Position numbers and translations under genes: made by a program. DNA of 64,000 bases from Candidatus Thorarchaeota archaeon (GTDB lineage: Archaea > Asgardarchaeota > Thorarchaeia > Thorarchaeales > Thorarchaeaceae): contig PRDH01000026.1 of assembly GCA_003345545.1 (NCBI GenBank), positions 86,944-150,943 of the forward strand, read 5' to 3'. This document shows, one piece after another, positions 27,071 to 36,336 of the stretch. Below the pieces are notes generated by a model. That model did no database searches. It saw only the letters and a list, made by a program, of their open reading frames with translations, and was not told the DNA's origin. Positions within the stretch are counted from its first letter, which is position 1. Every line of letters begins with the position of its first letter.

Positions 27071-28585
27071 CTAGAACCCGAATAATTCCGAGTACTTACT
27101 TTCTAGGTATTTTAGATACGGTGCCGCTGTCATCTCCTTCCCGGACACATGCCTAATGAGCTCTGCTGGGTCGTACAGTGATGCATAGTGGTGCACATTC
27201 TTGGCTAGCCACTCGATTGCTGGTCTTAGATTTCCGTGCCCTATTTCAGAAAGCCATTTGGGTTCCTCTTTGCCTATCCTCTCAAGCAACATACCGTCGT
27301 AGACGTTCCCTAGCGCGTAACTCGGGAAGTACCCGTAATATCCATTTGCCCAGTGAATGTCCTGCAAGACTCCTCTTGTGTCATCAGGGACATTCACGCC
27401 CAGATACTCATCATAGCGTTCATTCCAGATCTGAGGTAGTTCTGAAACCGTAATCCTGTCTGAGAATAAGTCCCTCTCTATTTCGAAACGAATGATAATG
27501 TGAAGCGAGTATGTCACTTCGTCAGCTTCGATACGTATCAGTGAGGGTCTTACTGTGTTTACCGCCTTGGCAAAGTCGTTCAGAGATACACCAGAGTAGA
27601 TACCGCCTGCAAGCTCATTGAGTTTCGGATAGTAGAACTGAATGAACTCATGGGATCGCCCAATCATATTCTCTATGAACCTGGACTGTGACTCGTGGAT
27701 ACCGTAAGAGGCAGCCTCACCAATCATCTGATACATCCATTCCTTGTTCAGATTCTGCTCATAGAGCGCGTGTCCGCCCTCATGCAAGATTGCGTAGATC
27801 ATCGATGCGACGTTATCCTCATGGTACTTGACAGTGATTCTAACATCGTCATAGTATCCTATCGTAAAAGGATGCTCTACCTCATCTATTCGACCGCCTG
27901 CACTCTCAGAGACTGTGTCATAGCCAATCACCTTGGTGAGGTCTGTTGCTATCTTGCGTTGAGTTTCCGTTGGCACAACTTTGTTCAGGAATGAAGCGTC
28001 AACATCGCGAGATGCATCAGCGCACTTCTTCACCAGAGGGACAAGTCGCTTTCGAAGGGTCGCAAAGAGCTGATATGTCCTTGCGGATGTGATGCCTCTC
28101 TCGTACTCGTCAAGCATTGAGTCGTAGAGTATGGGTATTCCACGAACCTCGCCAATGATTTCGGAACGCTTTCTACTCAGGTCCACCATTTTCTGAAGTT
28201 CTGGCAGGAACATTCTCCAGTTATTCGATGCCTTTGCTTTCTTCCAGACCTCAACGCTAATGGCTCGTTGCTTTGCCAGCTGACCAACTAAACCTTCGGG
28301 TATCTTTGTAAGAGCATCGTAGTTTCTACGAAAGAGGTACACGTTTCGATTCTGCTCTTCGCTGAGAGAACTTGCATTGTCCTCGGCCATGTCGAGAAAC
28401 TTGCCTATTTTGGAATCAGTGGTCATTCTATGAATGACCTGACGGACCAGCCCAAGTTGTTCGCTGCGAAGCATGAGACCTCTCGGCGGCATGTATGTTT
28501 CAAGGTCCCATGATATCACTGAATAGACAGTGTCAAGCAGCTTCAATTCCTTACAGATTCCGGAGAGTTTCTCATAGGCTTCCAT
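27071..28585 (-). CDS. Thermostable carboxypeptidase (peptidase M32, Taq-like)
   Basis: WD..TYMP, HPF, DVRIT, HEGGHALYEQ, HESQS, IRIEADE, QDIHW and GYFPSYALG. Confidence 0.95.
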   Translation of the reverse strand: MEAYEKLSGICKELKLLDTVYSVISWDLETYMPPRGLMLRSEQLGLVRQVIHRMTTDSKIGKFLDMAEDNASSLSEEQNRNVYLFRRNYDALTKIPEGLVGQLAKQRAISVEVWKKAKASNNWRMFLPELQKMVDLSRKRSEIIGEVRGIPILYDSMLDEYERGITSARTYQLFATLRKRLVPLVKKCADASRDVDASFLNKVVPTETQRKIATDLTKVIGYDTVSESAGGRIDEVEHPFTIGYYDDVRITVKYHEDNVASMIYAILHEGGHALYEQNLNKEWMYQMIGEAASYGIHESQSRFIENMIGRSHEFIQFYYPKLNELAGGIYSGVSLNDFAKAVNTVRPSLIRIEADEVTYSLHIIIRFEIERDLFSDRITVSELPQIWNERYDEYLGVNVPDDTRGVLQDIHWANGYYGYFPSYALGNVYDGMLLERIGKEEPKWLSEIGHGNLRPAIEWLAKNVHHYASLYDPAELIRHVSGKEMTAAPYLKYLESKYSELFGF

Positions 28586-28629
28586 TTTGAACACCCTCGT
28601 ATAGTACAGATTTTTCATATCTACAGCAG

Positions 28630-29571
28630 TTATGTTTCTTCCGCATTCTGCGGCGCTGTTAATGCGTGCTGCTTCACAGGGTAGTTTATGAGTACGATGC
28701 CAATCACAATCAAGATTAGACCTGCACCGAATGTCCAGTATATAGCGTCCTCGGGCATGATGAAAGCAGAAAGCGTGACGCCAAATACAGGCACGAGGTT
28801 GATGAAGCCTCCAGCTCTGGTCACTCCTAGCTCTTTGATACTCATGAAATAGAAGAGGAAACCAACCACGGTAACGAAGACGCCCAAGTAAACAATATTC
28901 GCCCAGAAGATTGGCTCGAGTCTTGCTGGATGGACCCAGAACTGCTCATTGAATGCCCCTAGACCGAACAAAAGAGACCCAATAATAGCGCCCCCAGTGT
29001 TCACTTCAAGTGGAGTTAAGGTCTTCATTGCCTCTTTACCAATCGATGAATAGAAACCCCAAGTGAAAATGGCACCAAGGATGAACAGGTTACCTATGAG
29101 ATGCTGCATGTTGAACTCTATGAAGGCTTGGACACCTACAACGAACACTACTCCTATGAACGCCAGAACAAACCCTGAGTATTGCCACTTTCTGGCCAGT
29201 CGCTCATGATGGACTACATGCGCGACCATGCTGACTGCTGCAGGGTTGATGCCTGCAATGATCGAGCCCTGTGCCGCCGTCGTGAAATTCATCCCAGTCA
29301 GGAAGAAAACACCATAACCGAAGATGCCCGTAAGTCCAACAAGGAAGAGGACTCTGAGATTCTCTCTTCGGAAGATGCGTATAGGTTTAGGCCCTGCGAT
29401 AAGCAGTACGACCACGAAAAAGAGACTTGCGGTGAAGAATCTCAGAAAACCCACTGTCATGGTCATCCCAGGAGCTATATTGACTATGATTTTCGCTGAG
29501 ACCCAGCTACCTCCCCAGAAAGCCATGGTGATGGCAAGCATTGTATAGTATCTGTAGGGGCTGGCTGACAT
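28630..29571 (-). CDS. DMT/EamA-family transporter
   Basis: FWGGSWVSAK, LRF and FINLVPVFG; 10 TM helices; start placed at ATG 29571. Confidence 0.9.
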   Translation of the reverse strand: MSASPYRYYTMLAITMAFWGGSWVSAKIIVNIAPGMTMTVGFLRFFTASLFFVVVLLIAGPKPIRIFRRENLRVLFLVGLTGIFGYGVFFLTGMNFTTAAQGSIIAGINPAAVSMVAHVVHHERLARKWQYSGFVLAFIGVVFVVGVQAFIEFNMQHLIGNLFILGAIFTWGFYSSIGKEAMKTLTPLEVNTGGAIIGSLLFGLGAFNEQFWVHPARLEPIFWANIVYLGVFVTVVGFLFYFMSIKELGVTRAGGFINLVPVFGVTLSAFIMPEDAIYWTFGAGLILIVIGIVLINYPVKQHALTAPQNAEET

Positions 29572-29737
29572 TCGTGTTCTCCGCCTTTGCCTTCCACGTC
29601 CCTTTTGTCGGGGATATAAAGAGCTTCGAAGAGGTAACAGCCAGGCGACCAATATGCTGCCCCTCGTACGAGGTCGACCTTTCCAAAAACTCATATACGG
29701 TCGTGCAACAATCGTACACATCCGCTGGGGTGACGTC

Positions 29738-30184
29738 ATGCTTAGTGATGATGAGCTAGAAGAGATTCGACGCAGAAAAATGCAGCTTATGATTGAGCGT
29801 GCGCAGAAACCGAAAGTAGATGAGCCAATGGCCAACGGGCTCGTGAATCAACTGTATGACCACAATTTCTGGCAGACAATCTCCCAGACCAAGACGACCT
29901 TCGTTGAGTTTTTCGGAGAATGGTGCAGCCCGTGCAAGGTTCTAGCTCCCATTTTCGCTGAGCTAGCAAAAGACTACAAAGGTAAGGTCTATTTTGCCAG
30001 AGTCGATATTGACAGGAATCGCATGACAGTCACCCAATTTGGCGTGCAGTCAGTTCCAATGGTGATTGTCTTCAAGAATCAGAAGGTCGTTGGAGCGCTT
30101 CCGGGTCTACGAAGCTATGTTGAATATGAGATGGCGATTAACCAAGTACTGGGCACGGGACGGGACGAGAGTAGTTATGTGTAA
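29738..30184 (+). CDS. trxA: Thioredoxin
   Basis: EWCSPCK and FGVQSVP; archaeal N-terminal DELEEIRRRK helix; GGGGTGA RBS. Confidence 0.9.
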   Translation: MLSDDELEEIRRRKMQLMIERAQKPKVDEPMANGLVNQLYDHNFWQTISQTKTTFVEFFGEWCSPCKVLAPIFAELAKDYKGKVYFARVDIDRNRMTVTQFGVQSVPMVIVFKNQKVVGALPGLRSYVEYEMAINQVLGTGRDESSYV

Positions 30185-30516
30185 TAGAGGATATTGAGAT
30201 AGTGACCCAGAACAGGGTCACATATTGAACCTCAAGCTCTTGTACCGCGAGAGCCAGCTGCAAGCACTGAATGAGAGAAAGCTAAGTGGATTGTGATCTT
30301 CAATGCGAGATGATTCATGTGTCTCGTTCTGGGCCGGGGTTAGTGACCTAACCACGCAAGAAATGAAACACAATGATTGAATAAAAGGAGTCGCTTCGTA
30401 GCAACAAAGGCGGGCCAATTGAATCGCAACAACTACCATAGATGTTTCCTGAACATGCTTATTACTTGGAAAGTACAATGCACTCTCAATCTCTTCTTGT
30501 GGAGGTATCTGCAACC

Positions 30517-30702
30517 ATGGGAGTCTTACGGAAATTAGGCATAGCGCTAGCAGCCTATGTCGTACTCGGAACTATCTTCTCTTTACTTCTGCTGATAGGT
30601 CTGTACAGTGTCAGTACTCACTTCATCATCTACATACTCTACCTGTTCTTTCAACCAGTATTTTTCGTCATCAATGTGGTTTATTACACATTGATCTTCT
30701 GA
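30517..30702 (+). CDS. Small 2-TM membrane protein (61 aa)
   Basis: GGAGG RBS before ATG 30517; almost entirely hydrophobic. Confidence 0.55.
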   Translation: MGVLRKLGIALAAYVVLGTIFSLLLLIGLYSVSTHFIIYILYLFFQPVFFVINVVYYTLIF

Positions 30703-30873
30703 TTCAGCTAATCGTTCAGATCGGGGAAACTGGGAGGTTCAGATGGGTCCGGGCTGCACCCCATTGCGAAGCGAACTCTTGCGGTTACGATAGAAAAGCA
30801 ACTGGGACTACGGTCACAGGAATGGCGCAAATACGCAATAGAAGCGGTTGGTCTCTTTCCAGAATTGATGAAT

Positions 30874-31749
30874 CTATTCTCTTAAGCAGTCCAGTGTCGT
30901 CATGCTTCGCAACTTGCCCTGTATGAAGGCAACAGGCATTGCTTTTGCATTGGTGGCATACCCGATATTCCCTCCAGCATCAGCTACGATGACGCCAGCC
31001 TCGCTTCCTGTTTTCTTCTGAAACATCTCGATTCCTTTTCGCGCTGCACTCATTGGATCTGTACCCTCTTCGACATATAGTGTCACCATCCTGCATAGCA
31101 CGACCCGCATGATGTGTTCTCCATAACCGGTTGCTGTCGCGCCGCAAAGGCTGTTCGCGTATGCACCCGAACCCATTACGGGTGAGTCACCTATTCTTCC
31201 GGGTCTCTTCTTGCTTATGCCTCCAGTCGATGATGTCACTGCGATTCTTCCTTTAGAATCAACAACGATGCAGCCGATTGTATCAGCGCCCTCTGCAGCG
31301 CCTAGGGGCCCTATTGCCCCTCCTTCCTCCTCTCTTCTATAGCCCTGCGCAATCATCTCGTCATAGACTCTCTTAGCATTGGGTCCGGCAAAGAATTTGT
31401 GCTCCGTCTTCTCCATGATGTACCGTGCAAGCGATATTGGATTTTGGATGCCGGTTATGGCGGCGACCGATCCGAAATCAAGTCTACTGCCATCGATTAT
31501 CATCGCATCAAGTTCAATGATGCCGTCTTGATTCGGTCTTGCTCCTTTCCCGGCATTGAGCTCTCCACAGTTCTCCATGAACAATGTACATGCTTCTGCG
31601 GCATCCAATACAGAGCTACTCTTCTTAAGAACCCGAAAACCGACGCGGGCTGCTTCTGCAACATATTTGACTCCGATGGGAATTCTCTCGTCTTTCCAGT
31701 CTCCTGCGCCTCCATGAGCGACGATTAACGGTAGCAATGCTCGTAACAC
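30874..31749 (-). CDS. iaaA: Isoaspartyl peptidase / L-asparaginase, second paralog
   Basis: AHGGAG, ELDAMIIDG, D-TIG, STGG and GRIGDSP. Confidence 0.88.
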   Translation of the reverse strand: MLRALLPLIVAHGGAGDWKDERIPIGVKYVAEAARVGFRVLKKSSSVLDAAEACTLFMENCGELNAGKGARPNQDGIIELDAMIIDGSRLDFGSVAAITGIQNPISLARYIMEKTEHKFFAGPNAKRVYDEMIAQGYRREEEGGAIGPLGAAEGADTIGCIVVDSKGRIAVTSSTGGISKKRPGRIGDSPVMGSGAYANSLCGATATGYGEHIMRVVLCRMVTLYVEEGTDPMSAARKGIEMFQKKTGSEAGVIVADAGGNIGYATNAKAMPVAFIQGKLRSMTTLDCLRE

Positions 31750-31954
31750 CTGAATATACCTTGCTTTGACTCAGAGATAATAATATCCCTTGGACAGCAT
31801 CCAAAAAGAAAAGACATCCGGCCTTGGGATTGGAGTCGGAGAACCAACGCTCATTTTAGAGTTGTTGGCGTGTATCATGCTCTGTGTCAGAGGAAACCGC
31901 TTATCAATCGCGTCTTAAATGATGCCTTTGACATTCCTACATCTTCGGTTGAGA

Positions 31955-32446
31955 TCAAAATGCTATTCCTGGACCAGCATCGGGGTGACCCGGGCTCAGT
32001 GCGTTCAGGAATGAGTTGTATTCATGTTCACATTGAGGTAGTAAATTCCCCGAAGCAGTGACTGCTATATGAACTGGATACTCACCACTTGCTGTGAGGG
32101 CATACTCAACTTTGTTTGGCTTCAGGAAGAAATAGCCATAGCTTATTGGCATACACGTAAAGGCTCCTACTAGGATTACGATTACGGCGAATAAGACACC
32201 TGCTGGACCCATGTAGGCCGCAAACGTAATAGCCGCGACTATACCAAGGAGCATTGTAGCACAAAGCCCAACGCATCCGTAGACACAGTATTTGGTATCC
32301 TGCTTCGACTTAATGACCTTCACATGCCTGTCATCTATCTTTTCCAAGTAGTAGTCTAAGGCTTCGGCTGTTGTGAGCCAGGTATTGACCCTCCGCTTGA
32401 CCTCTTCGAGGCCTGCATTCGCTATATCAAATCGCGTCGTAGACAT
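31955..32446 (-). CDS. Hypothetical 2-TM membrane protein
   Basis: 163-aa ORF with central TM hairpin; GAGGGG RBS. Confidence 0.6.
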   Translation of the reverse strand: MSTTRFDIANAGLEEVKRRVNTWLTTAEALDYYLEKIDDRHVKVIKSKQDTKYCVYGCVGLCATMLLGIVAAITFAAYMGPAGVLFAVIVILVGAFTCMPISYGYFFLKPNKVEYALTASGEYPVHIAVTASGNLLPQCEHEYNSFLNALSPGHPDAGPGIAF

Positions 32447-32513
32447 TAGAAGTCCCCTCAGACAACGACGAATGTAGCAGGACTCTTCATCGTATTAGCA
32501 CTTTCGGTTCATC

Positions 32514-32548
32514 AAGAAAAAGAAAGAGAGGAGGGGCAAGGCCCCTCT
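32514..32548 (-). terminator. Hairpin plus U-rich tract terminator
   Basis: Minus strand GAGGGGC-ctt-GCCCCTC then CTCTCTTTCTTTTTCTT, 20 nt after the stop of 32569..33003. Confidence 0.7.
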
Positions 32549-32568
32549 AGCAAACTGTTTACTGGACT

Positions 32569-33003
32569 CTACCAGCCGCCTACGCCCTCGAAGGCCGCCT
32601 TGACTCCGCCGGAGTTGAGGTAGAAGATGATAATGAGGTCGATTACTATCGCTGGCAAAGCGGCTATTAGCAAGACCATGATGACGAGTGGGCCAAGCAA
32701 TACACCAAGCAGCCCACCAAGGTAAAATATCATGGCGAGGACCATGATGAGACTAATGATGTACCATATTAGCGAAACCTTTCGAGCCCATGGGATGAGC
32801 TTCCACATCGCCACAGCCAGAATCAAACCCAGAATACCTGCAATGGCACTCCATGCCATGTCAAAATAAGTGTACGAAGTGACTATACCATACAGGTTGA
32901 ATATTCCACCTAAGAACATGAGAATAGCCAAGATGGTAATTCCTAGAGGCCTAGACCTCGAGGACGCAGAAGATCCAGAAGTAGGTGTCGGTATTTCAGC
33001 CAT
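32569..33003 (-). CDS. 4-TM membrane protein (RPxGxTIL family, DUF7144/DUF2127-like)
   Basis: RPLGITILAIL...WKLIPWAR...YLNSGGVKAAF; GGAGGG RBS. Confidence 0.7.
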   Translation of the reverse strand: MAEIPTPTSGSSASSRSRPLGITILAILMFLGGIFNLYGIVTSYTYFDMAWSAIAGILGLILAVAMWKLIPWARKVSLIWYIISLIMVLAMIFYLGGLLGVLLGPLVIMVLLIAALPAIVIDLIIIFYLNSGGVKAAFEGVGGW

Positions 33004-33222
33004 TTATTTACCCTCCTTAAGCCAAAGGATGAAACAGAGTTATCGTAACGGTCTTATATAAATGCTGTCTGTGTACGCTAATTGGGCGCGAAATCAATGC
33101 TCTAAGTCCAATCTCCTATGAAGGGTCATTTTGTTCCCTCGAATTGAGGTAATGATTCATCAATCATATCTGATATTCTGACTGTCGATGGGTCGAATCT
33201 CAACCATGATAGACAATTCGTC

Positions 33223-33246
33223 ACCTTTATAGCGCTTATAAAAGGG
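33223..33246 (+). promoter_or_regulatory. TATA-box region of the tbp pair (near-palindromic double TATA)
   Basis: CCTTTATAGCGCTTATAAAAGG about 45-65 nt upstream of tbp1. Confidence 0.5.
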
Positions 33247-33288
33247 AGTTCTGTATCATCTGATTCACTATGAAAGGGAGAGATTCAT

Positions 33289-33897
33289 ATTACACGCCCA
33301 TTGCCCCATACGAGAATTGAGAACGTTGTCGCATCTGTTGTTGTGAACCAACCATTCGACCTGGACGAAATAGCAGCTACTATGCCCAACGTTGAGTTTG
33401 ATCCAGAACAATTCCCCGGCCTAGTCTACCGGCTCAAGAAACCAAAGACCGCTACGCTTGTCTTCAGAACAGGCAAGATGGTCTGTACTGGCGCTAAGAG
33501 CGAGAAAGATGCAAGACGGGCAGTGCACCGAATTGTTCAGAATCTTAAGGATGCTGGAATCGAGGTCACAGGCAAGCCGATTATCACTGTGCAAAACATA
33601 GTGGCAAGTGCGAGCCTAGGTGCTGAACTGAATCTCGAACTAGCAGCCATGAAGCTTGAGAATACCATGTACGAGCCTGAGCAGTTCCCAGGACTGATAT
33701 ACAGGATGAAGGATCCCAAGGTCGTCATACTTCTCTTCGGCTCAGGCAAGCTCGTCATTACAGGCGCGAAATTCGAGGACCAAATCGATGAGGCAGCTCT
33801 CAAGGCCAGAGATCGCCTCTTCGAGCTCGGAGTGATTAGGATTCCAGAGGGTGAAGATTGGGGTCAAGTCGAAGAAGCAGACGAAGACAATTGGTAG
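33289..33897 (+). CDS. tbp: TATA-box binding protein, paralog 1 (probable ATT start; alternative TTG 33301)
   Basis: Two TBP repeats: ENVVAS..PEQFPGLVYR..GKMVCTGAK and QNIVAS..YEPEQFPGLIYR..GKLVITGAK. Confidence 0.95.
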   Translation: MTRPLPHTRIENVVASVVVNQPFDLDEIAATMPNVEFDPEQFPGLVYRLKKPKTATLVFRTGKMVCTGAKSEKDARRAVHRIVQNLKDAGIEVTGKPIITVQNIVASASLGAELNLELAAMKLENTMYEPEQFPGLIYRMKDPKVVILLFGSGKLVITGAKFEDQIDEAALKARDRLFELGVIRIPEGEDWGQVEEADEDNW

Positions 33898-33914
33898 ACA
33901 TAGGAGACCGTACT

Positions 33915-34523
33915 ATGCCCCAACCAACACCGACGACTAGAATCGAAAACGTTGTTGCATCTGTTGTTTTCAATCAGTCATTCGACCTGGATGAAATAGC
34001 GGCGACGATGCCAAATGTGGAGTTCGACCCAGAACGATTCCCAGGGCTCGTATACAGATTGAAGTCTCCCAAGACTGCAACCTTAGTATTCAATACCGGC
34101 AAGATGGTATGCACGGGTGCCAAGTCCGAGAAGGAAGCAAGGAGAGCAGTTCATAAAATCGTGAAGCTTGTCAATGAAGCTGGAATCAACATGTCTCGGA
34201 AACCGATAATCACTGTCCAGAATATTGTTGCCAGTGCGAATCTCGGAGCAGAGTTGAACCTTGAGCTTGCAGCGATGAAGCTTGAAAACACTCTCTACGA
34301 ACCGGAGCAATTCCCAGGACTGATCTATAGAATGCGAGACCCGAAAGTTGTCATTCTCCTCTTCGGGTCTGGTAAGCTGGTAATCACAGGAGCAAAGTTT
34401 GAGCCCCAGATTCAAGAGGCCGCTGAGAAAGCTTTTGATCGGCTGTTGGAGTTGGGCGTTGTAAGAATTCCTGAAGGTGAACACTGGGGACAAGCAGAAT
34501 CTGATGAAGATGAGAATTGGTGA
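33915..34523 (+). CDS. tbp: TATA-box binding protein, paralog 2
   Basis: Same motifs as paralog 1; GGAG RBS 8 nt before ATG 33915. Confidence 0.95.
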   Translation: MPQPTPTTRIENVVASVVFNQSFDLDEIAATMPNVEFDPERFPGLVYRLKSPKTATLVFNTGKMVCTGAKSEKEARRAVHKIVKLVNEAGINMSRKPIITVQNIVASANLGAELNLELAAMKLENTLYEPEQFPGLIYRMRDPKVVILLFGSGKLVITGAKFEPQIQEAAEKAFDRLLELGVVRIPEGEHWGQAESDEDENW

Positions 34524-34830
34524 TGTACTCGATTTCTGAGTATGTCGAGGCCTTCTCCTCATGATTGATAATCTAGGTTTCTCTGATTCAGAAAGTGAGT
34601 ATGTAGGCTCTGGAGCCAATAGAATGGGTGATTTTGATATTGACCTCATCATCCTGCTTAGGACCAAATCACTCAAAATCGCATGGTTAGAAAGTTAACC
34701 CTCGATTCTCACGTTGGGATTTGAATTCTCTATACAGGCATTAGGATTGCAGGTTGTCACAAGCATCTTGGCATTAGTCAGGATTCCGTTGAAGTTAAGT
34801 ACTAGAGATTCGTGTGTGTCACAGTGGTTT

Positions 34831-36267
34831 ATGGTGAAGACCGGAAACGAATATCTGCAGAAAATCTCTCAGATGAAACCGAATGTTATTATTGGCGGGA
34901 AGAATGTCAAACGTAGTGACCCTCGACTTCAAGCAGTTGCTCACGTTATGGCACTGACATTAGATAAAGTTGAGGACCCGGAGTTCAAGGATCTTCTCAA
35001 TGTAGAATCTCCGAAATTTGGAACAATCAATCGATTCACAAATATCCATCGAAATGTTGATGACCTTCTAAAGAAGCAGGAATTGACGAGGAAGTTATGT
35101 CGCGAAACCGGGGGCTGCATTTTTCGGTGTATGGGCATTGATGCAATGAATGCACTGTCAATCATCACTCATCGAGCTGAGGCAATGACTGGGCAACCCT
35201 ATAATCAGAGATTCCTGAAGTATCTAGATTACTGGCAAGAGAACAATATTGTTGGTTGTTGCGCACAGACAGACCCCAAGGGAAACAGAAACCTGAGACC
35301 TCATGAACAAGCAGACCCTGATCTATACCTACGAGTCATTGAACATCGCGATGACGGTATTGTTGTTCGAGGGGCGAAGAATCACATAACAGCTGCCGCT
35401 GTGGCGGAGGAAATCATAGTTCTCCCTACACGAATGCTCACTCCTGAGGAGGACCAATATGCTGTTGCGTTTGCGGTTCCTGGCGATTGGGACGGTGTAA
35501 AGCTTGTTACTCGCGCATCCAGCCACAAACGCGAGAAGTTCGCGTGCCCAATGGGTGACCTTGGAGATGTGGAGAATTTCGTGATCTTTGACGATGTCTT
35601 TATTCCAAATGATCGTGTCTTTCTAAGTGGAAGCAAAGGAGAACATGCATTTGGAGGATATGCCGCACTGCTCTTCGCACTCTATCATCGACACAGCTAT
35701 ACCGGATGCAAACCAGCAAGTTCGGAGATCATCCTAGGCTTCAGTGCATTGGCAAGTGAGTATAATGGAGTCGAGGACAAGAAGCACGTGCAAGCAAAAC
35801 TTGCTGACTTGATTAGCGTATGTGAACTGGTCTACGCAGCCGGAATTGCTGCGGCGTATAAGGGATCAAAGGATGAATCAGGGACAATGATTCCAGATGC
35901 CGTCTTCTGCAATGTCGGAAGAAAGCACGCAGGGAAGAGCTACTATCACGAGCTTGAGATTCTCTCCGATCTAGCAGGAGGACTACCTGCAACGCTTCCT
36001 ACTGAAGAGGACTTCTATGATAAGAAGATTGGGCCGCTCCTTCAGAAATATATCAAACGAAAAGAAGACGTGTCGTCTGAAGATGTCTACAGGCTGTACC
36101 GAGCTCTCTCAGATATGCTATGTTCCTCGATTGGAGGCGTAACGGCAGTAGCTGGGCTTCATGGCGGAGGGAGCCCACAAATGGAGGATGTCGCCATTCT
36201 GAAAGGGTACGACGTAGAATTGAGGAAGAGAATCGCAAAGAAACTTGCAGGAATCCCTGACAGCTGA
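34831..36267 (+). CDS. abfD: 4-hydroxybutyryl-CoA dehydratase / vinylacetyl-CoA isomerase-like (HpaB/AbfD family)
   Basis: CIFRCMGIDA and HRHSYTGCK (Fe-S ligand pattern of AbfD), TDPKG, RGAK and LHGGGSP. Confidence 0.75.
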   Translation: MVKTGNEYLQKISQMKPNVIIGGKNVKRSDPRLQAVAHVMALTLDKVEDPEFKDLLNVESPKFGTINRFTNIHRNVDDLLKKQELTRKLCRETGGCIFRCMGIDAMNALSIITHRAEAMTGQPYNQRFLKYLDYWQENNIVGCCAQTDPKGNRNLRPHEQADPDLYLRVIEHRDDGIVVRGAKNHITAAAVAEEIIVLPTRMLTPEEDQYAVAFAVPGDWDGVKLVTRASSHKREKFACPMGDLGDVENFVIFDDVFIPNDRVFLSGSKGEHAFGGYAALLFALYHRHSYTGCKPASSEIILGFSALASEYNGVEDKKHVQAKLADLISVCELVYAAGIAAAYKGSKDESGTMIPDAVFCNVGRKHAGKSYYHELEILSDLAGGLPATLPTEEDFYDKKIGPLLQKYIKRKEDVSSEDVYRLYRALSDMLCSSIGGVTAVAGLHGGGSPQMEDVAILKGYDVELRKRIAKKLAGIPDS

Positions 36268-36336
36268 TTTCTCGAATTGTACGCTATCCTGTGATCCACG
36301 CTGACCGAGCAAATTTCATGAAGATGTGAAGCAGCC

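Noticed and set aside
13679-30184. Selenoproteins among the many redox genes
   Set aside because: The catalytic positions inspected (Trx, Grx, PDO, both TrxR, DsrE) are ordinary Cys/Ser codons in uninterrupted ORFs. I saw no in-frame TGA and no convincing SECIS.
33301-34523. TBP duplication as an assembly artefact
   Set aside because: The copies differ at many synonymous and non-synonymous sites throughout, and each has its own RBS.
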